The notes under the pieces were generated by a model. The model was not told the origin of the DNA, did not search any database, and was given only the letters and a program-made list of their open reading frames with translations. Below are positions 30,814 through 41,348 of a stretch of DNA of 64,000 nucleotides, piece by piece. The first letter of the stretch is position 1. Each line of letters begins with the position of its first letter. A program made the translations under genes and the position numbers. Source of the DNA: an uncultured Spirochaetota bacterium (lineage in GTDB: Bacteria; Spirochaetota; Spirochaetia; SZUA-6; Fen-1364). The stretch is from positions 160,001 to 224,000 of the forward strand of contig CAWGAA010000003.1 in assembly GCA_963820525.1 (NCBI GenBank). The letters run 5' to 3'.

Positions 30814-32058
30814 TTGAGCATTACTGCGAATGAGAGAATCACGAGATACAGGACGGCAGCCGCAACTCTCAAATTCATGAAGCGGGATGGCACGCCCCTG
30901 GCCGGCCGGACGCTGTCCATTGCCCAGAAAAGCCACCACTTCCTTTTTGGGTGCAATGGCTTTCCCATCATCGCGCTGGTCAATGGCGAGCTTGAGGGCG
31001 GAGAAAAGGAGCGTGCCGAGAAGGCTCTGGACAGTTTCATGAAGCTTTTCAACTTCGTGACGCTTCCCTTCTATTGGGGCCAGTTCGAGCCGCGGCAGGG
31101 ACACACGGCCACCGACAGAATACGCGCCGCCGCCAGGTGGTTTCGAGACCGCGGGCTGCTCGTGAAAGGCCATACCCTCTGCTGGCATACCCTCGCCCCG
31201 GATTGGCTCCTGGCCATGGATAACGCCGAAATCCTTCGGGCCCAGCGAAACCGGATCAAACGGGAGGTTTCCCGCTTTGGCGGGCTGATCGACATGTGGG
31301 ACGTCATAAACGAAGCCGTCATCATGCCGGTGTTCGCCAGGTACGATAATGGAATCACGCGGATCGCGAGAGAGCTGGGACGGACGAAAACCATCAAAAC
31401 GATGTTCGACGAGGCAAGAGCCGCCAACCCGTCGGCCGTTTTGCTGATAAACGATTTCGACGTCTCGCCCGCCTATGACATCCTCATCGAAGCGTGCCTG
31501 GAGGCGGGTGTAAAGATCGATGTAATCGGAATCCAATCCCACATGCACCAGGGTTATTGGGGAGCGGAGAAGACGTTGAAGGTCCTGGAACAGTTCGAAA
31601 GATTCAACCTGCCCATTCACTTCTCGGAAAGCACCATCGTTTCGGGAAGGCTCATGCCTCCCGATATCGTAGACCTCAATGACTATCGCTCCGACCACTG
31701 GCCCAGCACGGCGGAAGGCGAGGAGCGTCAAGCCCGCGAAGTGCTCCTGCACTACGAGACTCTCTTTTCGCATCCCCTTGTTTCAGGCATCTCGTGGTGG
31801 GATTTTTCGGATGGGCAATGGCTTGCCGCACCCTCCGGCCTGATTCGAAAGGACGCCTCCGTGAAGCCCGCCTACGAAGAGCTCCTGAAGATGGTAAAGA
31901 AGGAATGGTGGATGGCCCCCGCGCAATTCACAACCGATGCGGAAGGACGTGTTCAGTTCAGCGGATTTTTCGGTGAATACGAGGTGAGTCTCGCGGAAAA
32001 AAGGGCTTGCTTCTCCCTCGTCAAGGAAGGACCACGGTCTCTGGAGATTCATCTCTAA
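30814..32058 (+). CDS. GH10 endo-1,4-beta-xylanase-like protein (start uncertain; ORF open from 30544)
   Basis: VKGHTLCWH, WDVINEA (acid/base), IGIQSHMH, IHFSE (nucleophile). Confidence 0.85.
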   Translation: MSITANERITRYRTAAATLKFMKRDGTPLAGRTLSIAQKSHHFLFGCNGFPIIALVNGELEGGEKERAEKALDSFMKLFNFVTLPFYWGQFEPRQGHTATDRIRAAARWFRDRGLLVKGHTLCWHTLAPDWLLAMDNAEILRAQRNRIKREVSRFGGLIDMWDVINEAVIMPVFARYDNGITRIARELGRTKTIKTMFDEARAANPSAVLLINDFDVSPAYDILIEACLEAGVKIDVIGIQSHMHQGYWGAEKTLKVLEQFERFNLPIHFSESTIVSGRLMPPDIVDLNDYRSDHWPSTAEGEERQAREVLLHYETLFSHPLVSGISWWDFSDGQWLAAPSGLIRKDASVKPAYEELLKMVKKEWWMAPAQFTTDAEGRVQFSGFFGEYEVSLAEKRACFSLVKEGPRSLEIHL

Positions 32059-32116
32059 AGTCGGCTGTGCGGGCAGCGCTCACATACCGGCCTCGGCCTC
32101 ATGACGGGAGGTCCCT

Positions 32117-33127
32117 CTACGCGGCCCGCTCTCTCTTCAGCTGTCTGCGCTCCTGCAGGCTGCCGAGGGAGCCGGGAAGCAGAATCGCGAAGATCAGGAG
32201 CACCCCTGAAAAGATGTTCTGCACATTGCCCGGCACGTTGATGAGGCCCATCCCGAAACGGAGAAAGCCCAAGAGGAAGATGCCGAGGATGACCCCGAAG
32301 AAGTTCCCCTTTCCTCCCGTGATCGCCACGCCCCCCAGCACTACTGTCGTGATGACCTCCATCTCCCACCCGCTTGCGATGTTCGGCCGCGTGCTTCCGA
32401 TGCGGGATGTGAGAAGGACCCCGGCCAGTCCCGACATGAGGCCCGTGAGACAGGAGACGGACAGGCGGATGCGCTCCACCGGAACGCCCGAAAACCTCGC
32501 TGTGACCGCGTTGTTTCCTATCGCGTAGACCTTGCGGCCGAAGGTGGTGCGGTGGAGCAGGATCCCGAACAGGACGGCGAGCAGGACGAAAAGGACGAGC
32601 TCGAAGGGGATGTGGGTGCCCGGGATGTAGCCCTGGCCGAAATACGAGAATGTCGGCGGATATCTGGTGAAAGCCTGGTCGCCCAACGCCGCGTAGGCGA
32701 GTCCGCGGAAAAGGGATATCCCGCCGATGGTCACGGCGATCATGGGGATGCGGAAACGGGTGGCCAGGAGCCCATTGAGGGCCCCCGCGGCCAGACCCGT
32801 GCCCAGCCCCGCCGCCACCAGAACGCCGGTTCCGGCGCCCACGGAGGAAAGCGCCCCCATGACGAGCGATGACAGCGCGACTATCCCGGCCACCGAGATG
32901 TCGATGTCGCCGAGGATGATCCCCAGCGTCATGGGCAGTGCGATGAGCGCCTTCTCCGTGAAGTTGAAGGTGGTGTCCAGCAGGTTGGCAGGATCCAGGA
33001 AGTAGGGGGATGCGACGCTGTTGAAAACGATGACGGCCGCGAAGATGACGAGGAGGATCGCTTCCCAGCGGGAGAAAAACTCCCGAAGCCCGCTTCCGCC
33101 TTTCGCGGGTGTCGTCCTGCCCTCCAT
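32117..33127 (-). CDS. Sugar ABC permease, RhaQ-like
   Basis: FSRWEAILL, FNFTEKALIALPM, SRIGSTRPNIASGWEMEVITTVVLGG. Confidence 0.85.
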   Translation of the reverse strand: MEGRTTPAKGGSGLREFFSRWEAILLVIFAAVIVFNSVASPYFLDPANLLDTTFNFTEKALIALPMTLGIILGDIDISVAGIVALSSLVMGALSSVGAGTGVLVAAGLGTGLAAGALNGLLATRFRIPMIAVTIGGISLFRGLAYAALGDQAFTRYPPTFSYFGQGYIPGTHIPFELVLFVLLAVLFGILLHRTTFGRKVYAIGNNAVTARFSGVPVERIRLSVSCLTGLMSGLAGVLLTSRIGSTRPNIASGWEMEVITTVVLGGVAITGGKGNFFGVILGIFLLGFLRFGMGLINVPGNVQNIFSGVLLIFAILLPGSLGSLQERRQLKRERAA

Positions 33128-34101
33128 CACAGCCTCCTGGTACGCAGCATCGCCGCCTGGTTCCTGCGGTCCACGACGGAGTTGGCGATTATGGCGGCAA
33201 GGATCACGAACCCCTGGATGGCCATCTGGTAGAAAGGCGAAAGCCCCACCACGGTGAGAGCGTTGTTCACGATCCCGAGGAACAGGGCCCCCAGGATCAC
33301 TCCACCGATGTTCCCCGTTCCGCCCAGGATGCTCACCCCGCCGATCATGCAGGCGGCTATCGTCTGAAGCTCGAAGCCGGAGGCGGTGTCGTTCTGGGCG
33401 GAGGCGTAGCGGGCCACCCAGAGGAGCCCCGAGAGGCCCACCAGGACGCCGCAGATGGCGTACACGAGGTAGTTGATTTTCCGCAGGCTGATGCCCACGT
33501 AGCGCGCGGCGGTCTTGTTTCCCCCGACTCCATAGATCTCGCGGCCCGTGCGCGTGAGGCGGATGAATACCGCGGAGACGATCGCCACCAGCACCGCCGC
33601 GGCAAGAAGGTTGGATATCCCGAGGGGTGTCTCGTGAGGCAGATCCCGGAAGCTCTCGCTCATCTTGTGGGCGCTCACCCATTGGCCGCCGCTCTCCAGA
33701 AAAACCAGCCCTCGGTAGATCCCCATGGTCCCCAGTGTCGTGATGATGGGCGGGATTCCCGCCACGGAAACCAGCAGGCCGTTGAGGGAGCCGAGAGCCA
33801 GGCCGATGGCCAGGGCCAGGCCGAGGATAACGGGGATCGGGATGCCGGGATGAAACCAGTTCAGCATCGCCACGCTCATGCCCGTGAAGGCGATACCCGA
33901 GGCTACGGAAAGGTCCGCGCCCCCCGTGATGATCACCATCATCTGGCCGATGGCCACGATGGCGAGGATCGCGGTGTCCGTGAGAATGTCGTTGGCGTTT
34001 TTCAGCGTGAGGAAGCCGGGAGCGCGGAGGCTCACCGCCGCGAGAATGGCGACGATGATCAGGACGAGGGTGATCTCCCGCCGCTTCAGGAGTCTATGCA
34101 T
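33127..34101 (-). CDS. Sugar ABC permease, RhaP-like
   Basis: DLSVAS, TRTGREIYGVGGN, GFELQTIAACMIGGVSI.GG.G. Confidence 0.85.
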   Translation of the reverse strand: MHRLLKRREITLVLIIVAILAAVSLRAPGFLTLKNANDILTDTAILAIVAIGQMMVIITGGADLSVASGIAFTGMSVAMLNWFHPGIPIPVILGLALAIGLALGSLNGLLVSVAGIPPIITTLGTMGIYRGLVFLESGGQWVSAHKMSESFRDLPHETPLGISNLLAAAVLVAIVSAVFIRLTRTGREIYGVGGNKTAARYVGISLRKINYLVYAICGVLVGLSGLLWVARYASAQNDTASGFELQTIAACMIGGVSILGGTGNIGGVILGALFLGIVNNALTVVGLSPFYQMAIQGFVILAAIIANSVVDRRNQAAMLRTRRL

Positions 34102-35623
34102 CTCGATCCCCCTCTCGATCGCTTTTGTGTCCCATGGCCGCCCGGATGAGCTTCTCCTGGTCAGACCCTTTTCCGGGCAGCGTGGCCGTCACCCTGCCCT
34201 CGTGCATGATCACGATGCGGTCGGCCATGCCGAGGATCTCGGGCATCTCCGATGATACCAGGACAATCCCCAGCCCTTCCCTGGCCAGCTGGGAGATGAA
34301 CTCGTGGACGCGCGCTTTGGTGGCGACGTCGATCCCTTTGGTGGGCTCGTCGAGGATGAGGATCTTCGGCCGGGTGGCCAGCCATTTGGCCAGAACGACC
34401 TTCTGCTGATTGCCGCCGGAGAGGCTGTTGGCTGCCTGCTCCCAGCTTCCGGCCTTGATCTCCATGCGGCCGCCGTACTCGTCGGTGACCGCTTTCTCCC
34501 GCGCGGTGTTGAGAAGCGAGCGGGAGGCGAGCTTGTCCACGATGGGAAGCGTGACGTTCTCCCTGATGTTCATGGCGAGGATGGTTCCCTGAAGCTGGCG
34601 GTCCTCGGGCACGTAGGCGATGCCCTTCTCAATGGCCGCTACGGCGCTGGAGATCCGCGCGGGGCTGCCCTCCACCATGATCATTCCGGCGTCCGCCGCC
34701 TCGATTCCGAAGACGGCGCGCATGACCTCGGACCTCCCCGAGCCGATCAGGCCGAAGAAGCCCAGGATCTCTCCCCGGCGCAGGCTGAAGGAGACGTCCT
34801 TGAACACCCCCGCGCGAGAGAGACCGCGCACTTCCAGGAGCGTCTCCCCGGGCTCGACGGGGATCTTGGGGAACATCTGGGTGAGGGAGCGCCCGATCAT
34901 CATCCGTATGATCTCGTCCATCTTCGTCTCGGAAACCACGCCCGTTCCGGCAAGCTTTCCGTCGCGCAGCACGGTGAAGCGGTCCGCGATCTCGTAGATG
35001 TCCTCGAACTTGTGTGAGATGAAAACGATCGCGCGTCCGGCCGCCTTCAGGCGCCGGATGATCTTGTACAGGTCATCGACCTCCCTCAGGGAAAGCGCGG
35101 AGGTCGGCTCGTCCATGATGACGATGCGGGCATCCTGGGAGAGCGCCTTCACGATTTCCACCATGTGGCGCTGCGCCACGCTCAGGCTCTTCATTGGCGC
35201 GTCGGGATCGATTGCCAGCTCCAGCTCTTCCAGCAGCTCGCGCGTCCTCCTGCGCATCAGCGCCCAGCTCAGGAGCGGAATACCGTGCATGCGCCTGTGG
35301 TGGCCCATGTAGATGTTTTCCGCTACGGAAAGGTCGGGGAATATCGTCGCCTCCTGGTGGATCGCGGCGATTCCGGCGGTCTGTGCGGCCACAGGGGAAT
35401 GGAACTCGACGCCCCGCCCCTCAAGGATTATCTCTCCGGCGTCGGGGCGGTAGATGCCGGTGAGGATCTTCACGAGCGTGGACTTGCCCGCTCCGTTCTC
35501 TCCGATCAGGGCCTGCACTTCGCCCGCGCGCACGCCGAAGTCCACCTCGTCGAGGGCCTTGATGCCGGGGAAGAATTTGCTCACCTTGCGGCATTCAACA
35601 ATGCTTTCCGCCACAGCCTGCAC
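34094..35623 (-). CDS. Sugar ABC ATP-binding protein (two NBDs), RhaT-like
   Basis: GENGAGKST, MDEPT, YVPEDR, LSGGNQQKV, LDEPTKGIDV. Confidence 0.92.
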   Translation of the reverse strand: MQAVAESIVECRKVSKFFPGIKALDEVDFGVRAGEVQALIGENGAGKSTLVKILTGIYRPDAGEIILEGRGVEFHSPVAAQTAGIAAIHQEATIFPDLSVAENIYMGHHRRMHGIPLLSWALMRRRTRELLEELELAIDPDAPMKSLSVAQRHMVEIVKALSQDARIVIMDEPTSALSLREVDDLYKIIRRLKAAGRAIVFISHKFEDIYEIADRFTVLRDGKLAGTGVVSETKMDEIIRMMIGRSLTQMFPKIPVEPGETLLEVRGLSRAGVFKDVSFSLRRGEILGFFGLIGSGRSEVMRAVFGIEAADAGMIMVEGSPARISSAVAAIEKGIAYVPEDRQLQGTILAMNIRENVTLPIVDKLASRSLLNTAREKAVTDEYGGRMEIKAGSWEQAANSLSGGNQQKVVLAKWLATRPKILILDEPTKGIDVATKARVHEFISQLAREGLGIVLVSSEMPEILGMADRIVIMHEGRVTATLPGKGSDQEKLIRAAMGHKSDREGDRDA

Positions 35624-35638
35624 TCCCGCCTTTTAGAA

Positions 35639-35726
35639 AGGGCGGCGGCGACAAGGATGTCGCCAAAGCCGCCCCCAAGCACGGGCCGAGGGCGGCGGGC
35701 AACAGGGATGCTGCAAACGCCGCTCC
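35639..35726. repeat. Two degenerate tandem REP-like hairpins (50-bp period)
   Basis: AGGGCGGCGGCGACAAGGATGTCGCCAAAGCCGCCC and AGGGCGGCGGGCAACAGGGATGCTGCAAACGCCGCTC. Confidence 0.6.
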
Positions 35727-35762
35727 ACCCGGCGAATCAGTACGTCGTAAGTCCCGCCGCGC

Positions 35763-36776
35763 CTAGTAGATCGCGGCGAACTTGTCGATATTGCTCTTGT
35801 CGAACACGTAGGGCTCGCTCATGACGGCCACCAGGCCGGAGCCGATCGTGATCGTGCCCATGCGGCCCACCTTCATGGCCTCGGCCGCGGTGCCCTTGAT
35901 CTGCCCGCGCACGATCTGGGCGGCGATATAGGTGGCCGAGTAGCCCAGGTCGATCGGGTTCCACAGAGACATCTTCAGGCAGGTCCCGTCTTTAATATAC
36001 TGCTTCATCTCCGAAGGCAGTCCGAGCCCGGTGAGCTGGATCTTTCCCTGGAGCCCCGCGTCCTCGATGGCCTTGCCGCCGGCGGCGATGCCGACGGTTG
36101 TGGGCGCGATGATCCCCTTGAGGTTGGGGTAGGACTTGAACAGCCCCATCGCTTCCCTGTAGCTCTTGTCGGAGAGGTCGTCGCCGTACACCACGGCATC
36201 GAGCTTGATATTGGGGTGATTGACAAGCTCCTTCTTCATCCACTCGATCCACGCGTTCTGGTTCGTGGCCTGGGAGGATGCGCTCAGGATCGCGATCTCA
36301 CCCGAGTCGCCGATGAGGTCGGCGACCATCTTCACCTGGCTCCTGCCAATGAACTCGTCTCCCGAGGGCGCGAGGTGCAGGATGCGGCCGGCCGGCGCGA
36401 TCCCCGAGTCGAATGAGATGACCTTGATGCCCGCAGCCATCGCCTTCTTGCAGATCGGCACCAGGGCGTCCACGTCGTTTGCGGAGATGGCCAAGGCGTC
36501 CACCTTCTGTGCGATCAGGGAATCGATGATCTCGATCTGGCCCTCGGCCGTCGGCGTGCTCGGCCCCTGGAAAATGAGCTCGACGCCGCCCAGCTCCTTT
36601 GCCGCCTCCTGCCCGCCGTCGCGGCAGGCCTCGAAGAAGGAGTTTCCGAGGTTCTTCACGATCATTGCGACCCTGATGTTTCCCTTCTTTGCTTCCGTGG
36701 CGCCGCCCGCGAACACGAGCCCCGCGGAGACCAGGAGAGCGATCAGGCAGAGAACGAAAACCTTGCTCTTCTTCAT
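35763..36776 (-). CDS. Rhamnose-type sugar ABC substrate-binding protein (RhaS-like)
   Basis: Signal peptide; KNLGNSFFEA, TAEGQIEII, ATNQNAWIEWMK, YGDDLSDKSYREA, IIAPTTVGI, LWNPIDLGY. Confidence 0.85.
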   Translation of the reverse strand: MKKSKVFVLCLIALLVSAGLVFAGGATEAKKGNIRVAMIVKNLGNSFFEACRDGGQEAAKELGGVELIFQGPSTPTAEGQIEIIDSLIAQKVDALAISANDVDALVPICKKAMAAGIKVISFDSGIAPAGRILHLAPSGDEFIGRSQVKMVADLIGDSGEIAILSASSQATNQNAWIEWMKKELVNHPNIKLDAVVYGDDLSDKSYREAMGLFKSYPNLKGIIAPTTVGIAAGGKAIEDAGLQGKIQLTGLGLPSEMKQYIKDGTCLKMSLWNPIDLGYSATYIAAQIVRGQIKGTAAEAMKVGRMGTITIGSGLVAVMSEPYVFDKSNIDKFAAIY

Positions 36777-36858
36777 CGATCTACCTCCTCTTGATACATG
36801 GGTAACGATATTGCCGCAATGGTATCACGCGGGATCGGGCGGGCCCCATGCCACAATT

Positions 36859-38388
36859 CTACGTTTCCTGGGCGTTTTTCTCCGGTTGGGGGTCATCCGG
36901 CGGCGCTGAGGAGCCATGGCGGATCTCAGAGGGGTAGCGGCCGAAGTGCTTCAGGAACAGCCTGCTGAAGTGGCGAACGCTGGAGTAGCCCACGGCGCGC
37001 GCCGCATCCTGAACTTGAATCCCGCCGGACAGAAGGTCCCGAGCCTTCTCCATGCGCAGGCGCGTCACGTACCTGACGAAGGTCTCCCCGTGCACGCTGT
37101 GGAACAGGGTGCTGAGGTAGTTTGGGGTGACTCCGAGGCGATATGCGATCTGTGCGACGCCCACATCGTTCATATAGTTGGAGCCGATGAAGGAGAGAGC
37201 CTGGTCGACGAGGCCGGCGGGCCCGTCGCCGCGTTCGAATGCCTGGATCGTCTCTCCCTGGGATTCAAGCGAACGAATCCAGCCATCCTCTTGGGGCGAT
37301 GACGGCGGCTGGACTCCAACGGAGAATCGCAGGAAGCGCTCGATGTTCTGAATGACAGGATCGCCATGGGAGAGCGGGGCAAGTCCTTCGAAGGTCTTCC
37401 GAGCCCGTTGGACCGCGGCAAGGAACTCAAGCCGATTGCTCTGCCGCCAGGCCAGGACCACCTCATTGATGCTTCGGCACAATGGGGCGAGCCGACGCTC
37501 GGCGTCTTCGGCATCGGCGAGGAGAATCAGCCGCCCGATCCCGAGCGCGGCCCGAAGAGGGGCAAGCCGATCTGCCGCGGCGAGCTCTCCCGGGAGCTCC
37601 GCAAAGGAGGCGCACGGGCGGCCTGCCATGACGGTGACGCGAAGCGCTTCACCGCCCGCCGAATCGAGAACGACCTGAAGCGTCTTCAAGAGGCCGCGTA
37701 CGGCCTCCCGGGCCGCGGCTTCCTCCGCGTCGGGCTGCCAGGCGCCAACCAGGGCGAGATGACCCTCGGGCAGCGTGCACAGGGCGATGCGCAATCGCGA
37801 GTCGACGGTGGAGATGATGCGGGACCTGATTTCGCGGCAGGCGGTAAGCTGCCGATCCGCCAGCGCCCTCTCCTCCAGGGCGCCGTCAAACAGAACAAGG
37901 GCGCCTTGAAACCGCGCGTCGGAGATGAACTCACGCTGCTCCTGCGAGAGGGAGAGGGTGTTGTGGAGGAGCGAATTGAGGCGGCTCTCGAACTCGTCAT
38001 TGGCGCGCAGGAGGTCCCGCCTCCGCTCGCCCTCCATCTTTCCGATCACCCGCCGCAGGTCCTCGGGGCTGACGGGCTTCAGCAGGTATTCCGCGGCGCC
38101 TAGCTCCAGCGCCCGCTTCGCGTAGTCGAAGGAGGAGTGGCTGGTAAGGATGATCCAACACGTGCCCGGAGACACGAGGCGGCCGCGCTCGATCCCGGCC
38201 AGTCCGTCCATTCGGGGCATGCGGATATCGACGAAGGCGATGTCGGGGGCCAGGCGGGCGGCCATCTGGAGCATCTCTTCGCCGTCGGAGGCGGCGCTGA
38301 TGGAGCGGGCGGGAACGCCGATCTCCTCCAGCATGCTCTTCAGGCCGTAGCGAACGAGCCGCTCGTCATCCGCAATCAGCACCTTCAC
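36859..38388 (-). CDS. Response regulator with C-terminal AraC HTH (YesN-like)
   Basis: VLIADDE, DIRMPRMDG, YLLKP; C-terminal PNYLSTLF...VGYSSVRHFSRLF..FGRYP. Confidence 0.9.
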   Translation of the reverse strand: MKVLIADDERLVRYGLKSMLEEIGVPARSISAASDGEEMLQMAARLAPDIAFVDIRMPRMDGLAGIERGRLVSPGTCWIILTSHSSFDYAKRALELGAAEYLLKPVSPEDLRRVIGKMEGERRRDLLRANDEFESRLNSLLHNTLSLSQEQREFISDARFQGALVLFDGALEERALADRQLTACREIRSRIISTVDSRLRIALCTLPEGHLALVGAWQPDAEEAAAREAVRGLLKTLQVVLDSAGGEALRVTVMAGRPCASFAELPGELAAADRLAPLRAALGIGRLILLADAEDAERRLAPLCRSINEVVLAWRQSNRLEFLAAVQRARKTFEGLAPLSHGDPVIQNIERFLRFSVGVQPPSSPQEDGWIRSLESQGETIQAFERGDGPAGLVDQALSFIGSNYMNDVGVAQIAYRLGVTPNYLSTLFHSVHGETFVRYVTRLRMEKARDLLSGGIQVQDAARAVGYSSVRHFSRLFLKHFGRYPSEIRHGSSAPPDDPQPEKNAQET

Positions 38389-40351
38389 GCCTGCCCCCCT
38401 CCGATGGGGATCTCCATCGAAACCCTGGTTCCCTGCCCCGGCGCTCCCGTCACCTCCAGACGCGCGCCGGGATAGGCCGTGAGCAGCCGCTCCCGCACAT
38501 TGGCCAATCCTATCCCCCGATCCTCGCCCTGCCCGTCCGTCGAAATCCCGATCCCGTCATCGACAACGGAGATGCCCAGCGTTGTCGAGCCGTTGCTGCG
38601 GATGACATGCGCTTCCACGGTGAGCTTGCCCGGCCGGTCGAGCGGCTCGATGCCGTGGATGACCGCGTTCTCCACCAGGGGCTGGAGGATCAGCTTGGGG
38701 ATGCGGAAGGGCGCCGCCTGCGGATCGAGGAGGCACTCCGCGCTCAGCCGCTCGGCGAAGCGCATCCCCTGAAGCTCCAGATACCGCTCCAGAAAGCGGA
38801 ACTCCTCTCCAATGGTCGTCCAGTTTCCCGCGTCCAGGATGTAGCGCAGCATGTCCTTCAGCGAGAGGATGGCCTTCTCCAGGCTCTGTGCATCGCCCAT
38901 CCGGTTGAGGCCGATCAGCCCATTCAGCACGTTGTAGAGGAAGTGGGGCTGGATCTGAGACTGAAGTGCCCGGTATTCCGCCTCCCTCTTGGTCAGCAGC
39001 TCCCGGTACTTGTAGTAGTTGTCGATGATGAGGCCGGCATGTTCCGCGAAAGTGCGGAAGTTGGTGTAGTCCAGGTCCGTGAGCGGCGGCTCGTTCTCCC
39101 CCGTGACGATGCAGAGCATGCCCACCATCCCCTGCGACACGCACAGCGGAAGGGCGAGGAAGGAGCCGACCGTCCCGGCCGCGTCCAGGGAGCGTGCCTC
39201 GCGCACGAACACCGTTTCCTTTCGTTCAAAGATTTCGTGGAGGACGATCGCTTTTGCCGGCGAGGCGGCAGCAGCCGGCGCGCGGCCCGCGATGGGAACC
39301 GGCTCGCCCGCGGGATACGGAAACGCGCCGGCGGAACGCGCAACGGCCGGCCTGCCCTCGGGGTCCGCCGCGATGACGGCGGCGCCTCCCGCGTGAGAAT
39401 CCTTCACCGCCGCTTCCACGATGAGCTCCAGGATCCTCTCGAAGCTCGGCCTGTCCGTGATGCTCTGCCCCACATCCCTCATGAGGCTCTGGATGGAATC
39501 GACGTTCCTCTTGAGGTCCGTCATGAAGAGGTTGAAGCTCGCCGCCAGCGCGCCCAGCTCGTCGGTGGAGCGCACGTCCAGGCGCGCCGTGAAATCCCCG
39601 TGGGAGACCCTGCGAAATCCCTCCTCGACGATCTTGATCCTGAGGGAGATCCTGCGGGCAAAGCCGATGGAGAGCGTGACGGTGGCAGTGCCGATGACGG
39701 CGGTGAGGGTCCAGAAGAGGATCAATATCTGCCGGCGGATCAGGTCGCTCTCCTGTCGGAGCGAACTGATGAAATGGGAGAGGAAGCTCTCGAAGCTGTA
39801 GGTGAGGTAGTAGGACGTCTCGCGCGCCTCGTCGAAGAAGAGGGGGATCGACGGGTCTCCCTCGGTCTGAAGCTGGTGGTAGAGGCTCCCCTCGCCGCCG
39901 ACTCCGGCTTCAAAGAGACTGTCGATTTTACGCTGGAAAGAGTCGATGCGCTTGGAGGCTTTGGAGATCATTGTTCCTGCAATCTGATAGGCGTCCCGGA
40001 AGCTCCGTCTCCCGGAGCAGCGCCTTGACCCGGGGCGATTCCATAAAACGGGAGGTGGCGCTTTCGAACTCCACCATCGCGGCGCGGAAGTCGTTTCGCG
40101 TGGTTTGGGAACGAGGGGTATGCAGCACGTCCTTGAGCAGCAGGTAGGTCTGCGGCGTGAAGAGATCGAACAGGAGGTCACTTCATCAATCCGTGGAGCC
40201 TGCTCGCGGATGCGATGAGCTGGGATCCGCTTTCGATCGTGTCGCGCAGGCGCGCCGTCTCGCGCATTGTCCAGATGGAAAGGCCCATGATAAGAAGCGC
40301 GCCCAGGAATACAACTCCGGTCAGGATGGAAATCTTGGACCTGAGCCTCAT
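38385..40351 (-). pseudogene. YesM/LytS-type sensor histidine kinase (TM-HAMP-GAF-HisKA) with two +1 frameshifts in the N-terminal region
   Basis: LQSQIQPHFLYNVLN, LQPLVENAVIHG, DDGIG, GIGLANVRERL. From ATG 40351 (MRLRSKI, TM helix) the frame shifts at about 40180 and 39998. Confidence 0.8.
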
Positions 40352-40457
40352 GGAAGTGAGTATAGCAGATCACGCCAAGCCGGTCAGAGCGGGCGGCCGG
40401 CTGGAGCTCCATTGCTCGGGCCCGGTTGCGGCGAACACGCTGCGGAACGTCGGGCGT

Positions 40458-41348
40458 TCAGCGCCCCTTCATGATCCAGGAGAGAGTCTTGTAGAGCAGC
40501 TTCGCTGCGGCGAACTCGGCCATGTGGAGCCCCGGCCGCGGGGCAAGCTCCACGCAATCGAGGGCAACCACGGTCGCGGAGCGCGCCACGGCCCGAAGGA
40601 TCAGGCACGCCTCGGCCCAGGAAAGCCCGTCCGGCTCAGGAGTGCCCGTGGCCGGGATTACTGAAGGATCGAGGCCATCCACGTCTATAGTGAGGTAAAC
40701 TTTCTTCCCTTTGACTGCGCGAGCAATCTCGCCTTCGAGGCGCGTGGGTTTCATGCCGTGGATTGCCTCCGCCGAAAACAGGGAAACCCGGCGAGGGTTC
40801 TCCTTGATGAAAGCAGCCTCTTCGAGGGAATACGAGCGAATGCCGATCTGGACCGCGCGCTCAACGTTCTCTTCCAGCACCCGCCTCATGGCGCATGCAT
40901 GGCTGTAGCCCGTCCCGGAGTAGCTTTCCCGAAGATCGGCATGAGCGTCGAGCTGCACGACCACCAGGGGCTCCGACAGCGTGCGCCCGACTCCGCGCAC
41001 CACGGCGGGCGTTATGCTGTGCTCGCCTCCCAGGACCAGGAGGAGCTTTCCCGCGCGAGCAACGGCTTCCGCGGCGTCCGAGATACGGCACATCATTGCC
41101 TGGGCATCCGGATCCTGTGAAAGCTCGGGGAGGGTGTGCACGCCGTATCCCAGGGCAGGCTCGCCGCCGAGCTCGGCGTCGAAGAGCTCGACCTGCTGGG
41201 ACGCTTCGATTATGGCCCGCGGTCCGAGTCGCGTGCCGCCCTCATAGCTCACCGTGGCCTCATAGGGGATGGGAAGCACGTGGACCCTCGACCCTTCCGG
41301 CGCGCTCATCTGCGGCGGCAGGCCGAGAAAACCGTCGATCTGGGACAT
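40458..41348 (-). CDS. speB: Agmatinase / ureohydrolase
   Basis: GGEHSIT, DAHAD, SHAC, DVDGLDP, TGTPEP.GL. Confidence 0.92.
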   Translation of the reverse strand: MSQIDGFLGLPPQMSAPEGSRVHVLPIPYEATVSYEGGTRLGPRAIIEASQQVELFDAELGGEPALGYGVHTLPELSQDPDAQAMMCRISDAAEAVARAGKLLLVLGGEHSITPAVVRGVGRTLSEPLVVVQLDAHADLRESYSGTGYSHACAMRRVLEENVERAVQIGIRSYSLEEAAFIKENPRRVSLFSAEAIHGMKPTRLEGEIARAVKGKKVYLTIDVDGLDPSVIPATGTPEPDGLSWAEACLILRAVARSATVVALDCVELAPRPGLHMAEFAAAKLLYKTLSWIMKGR

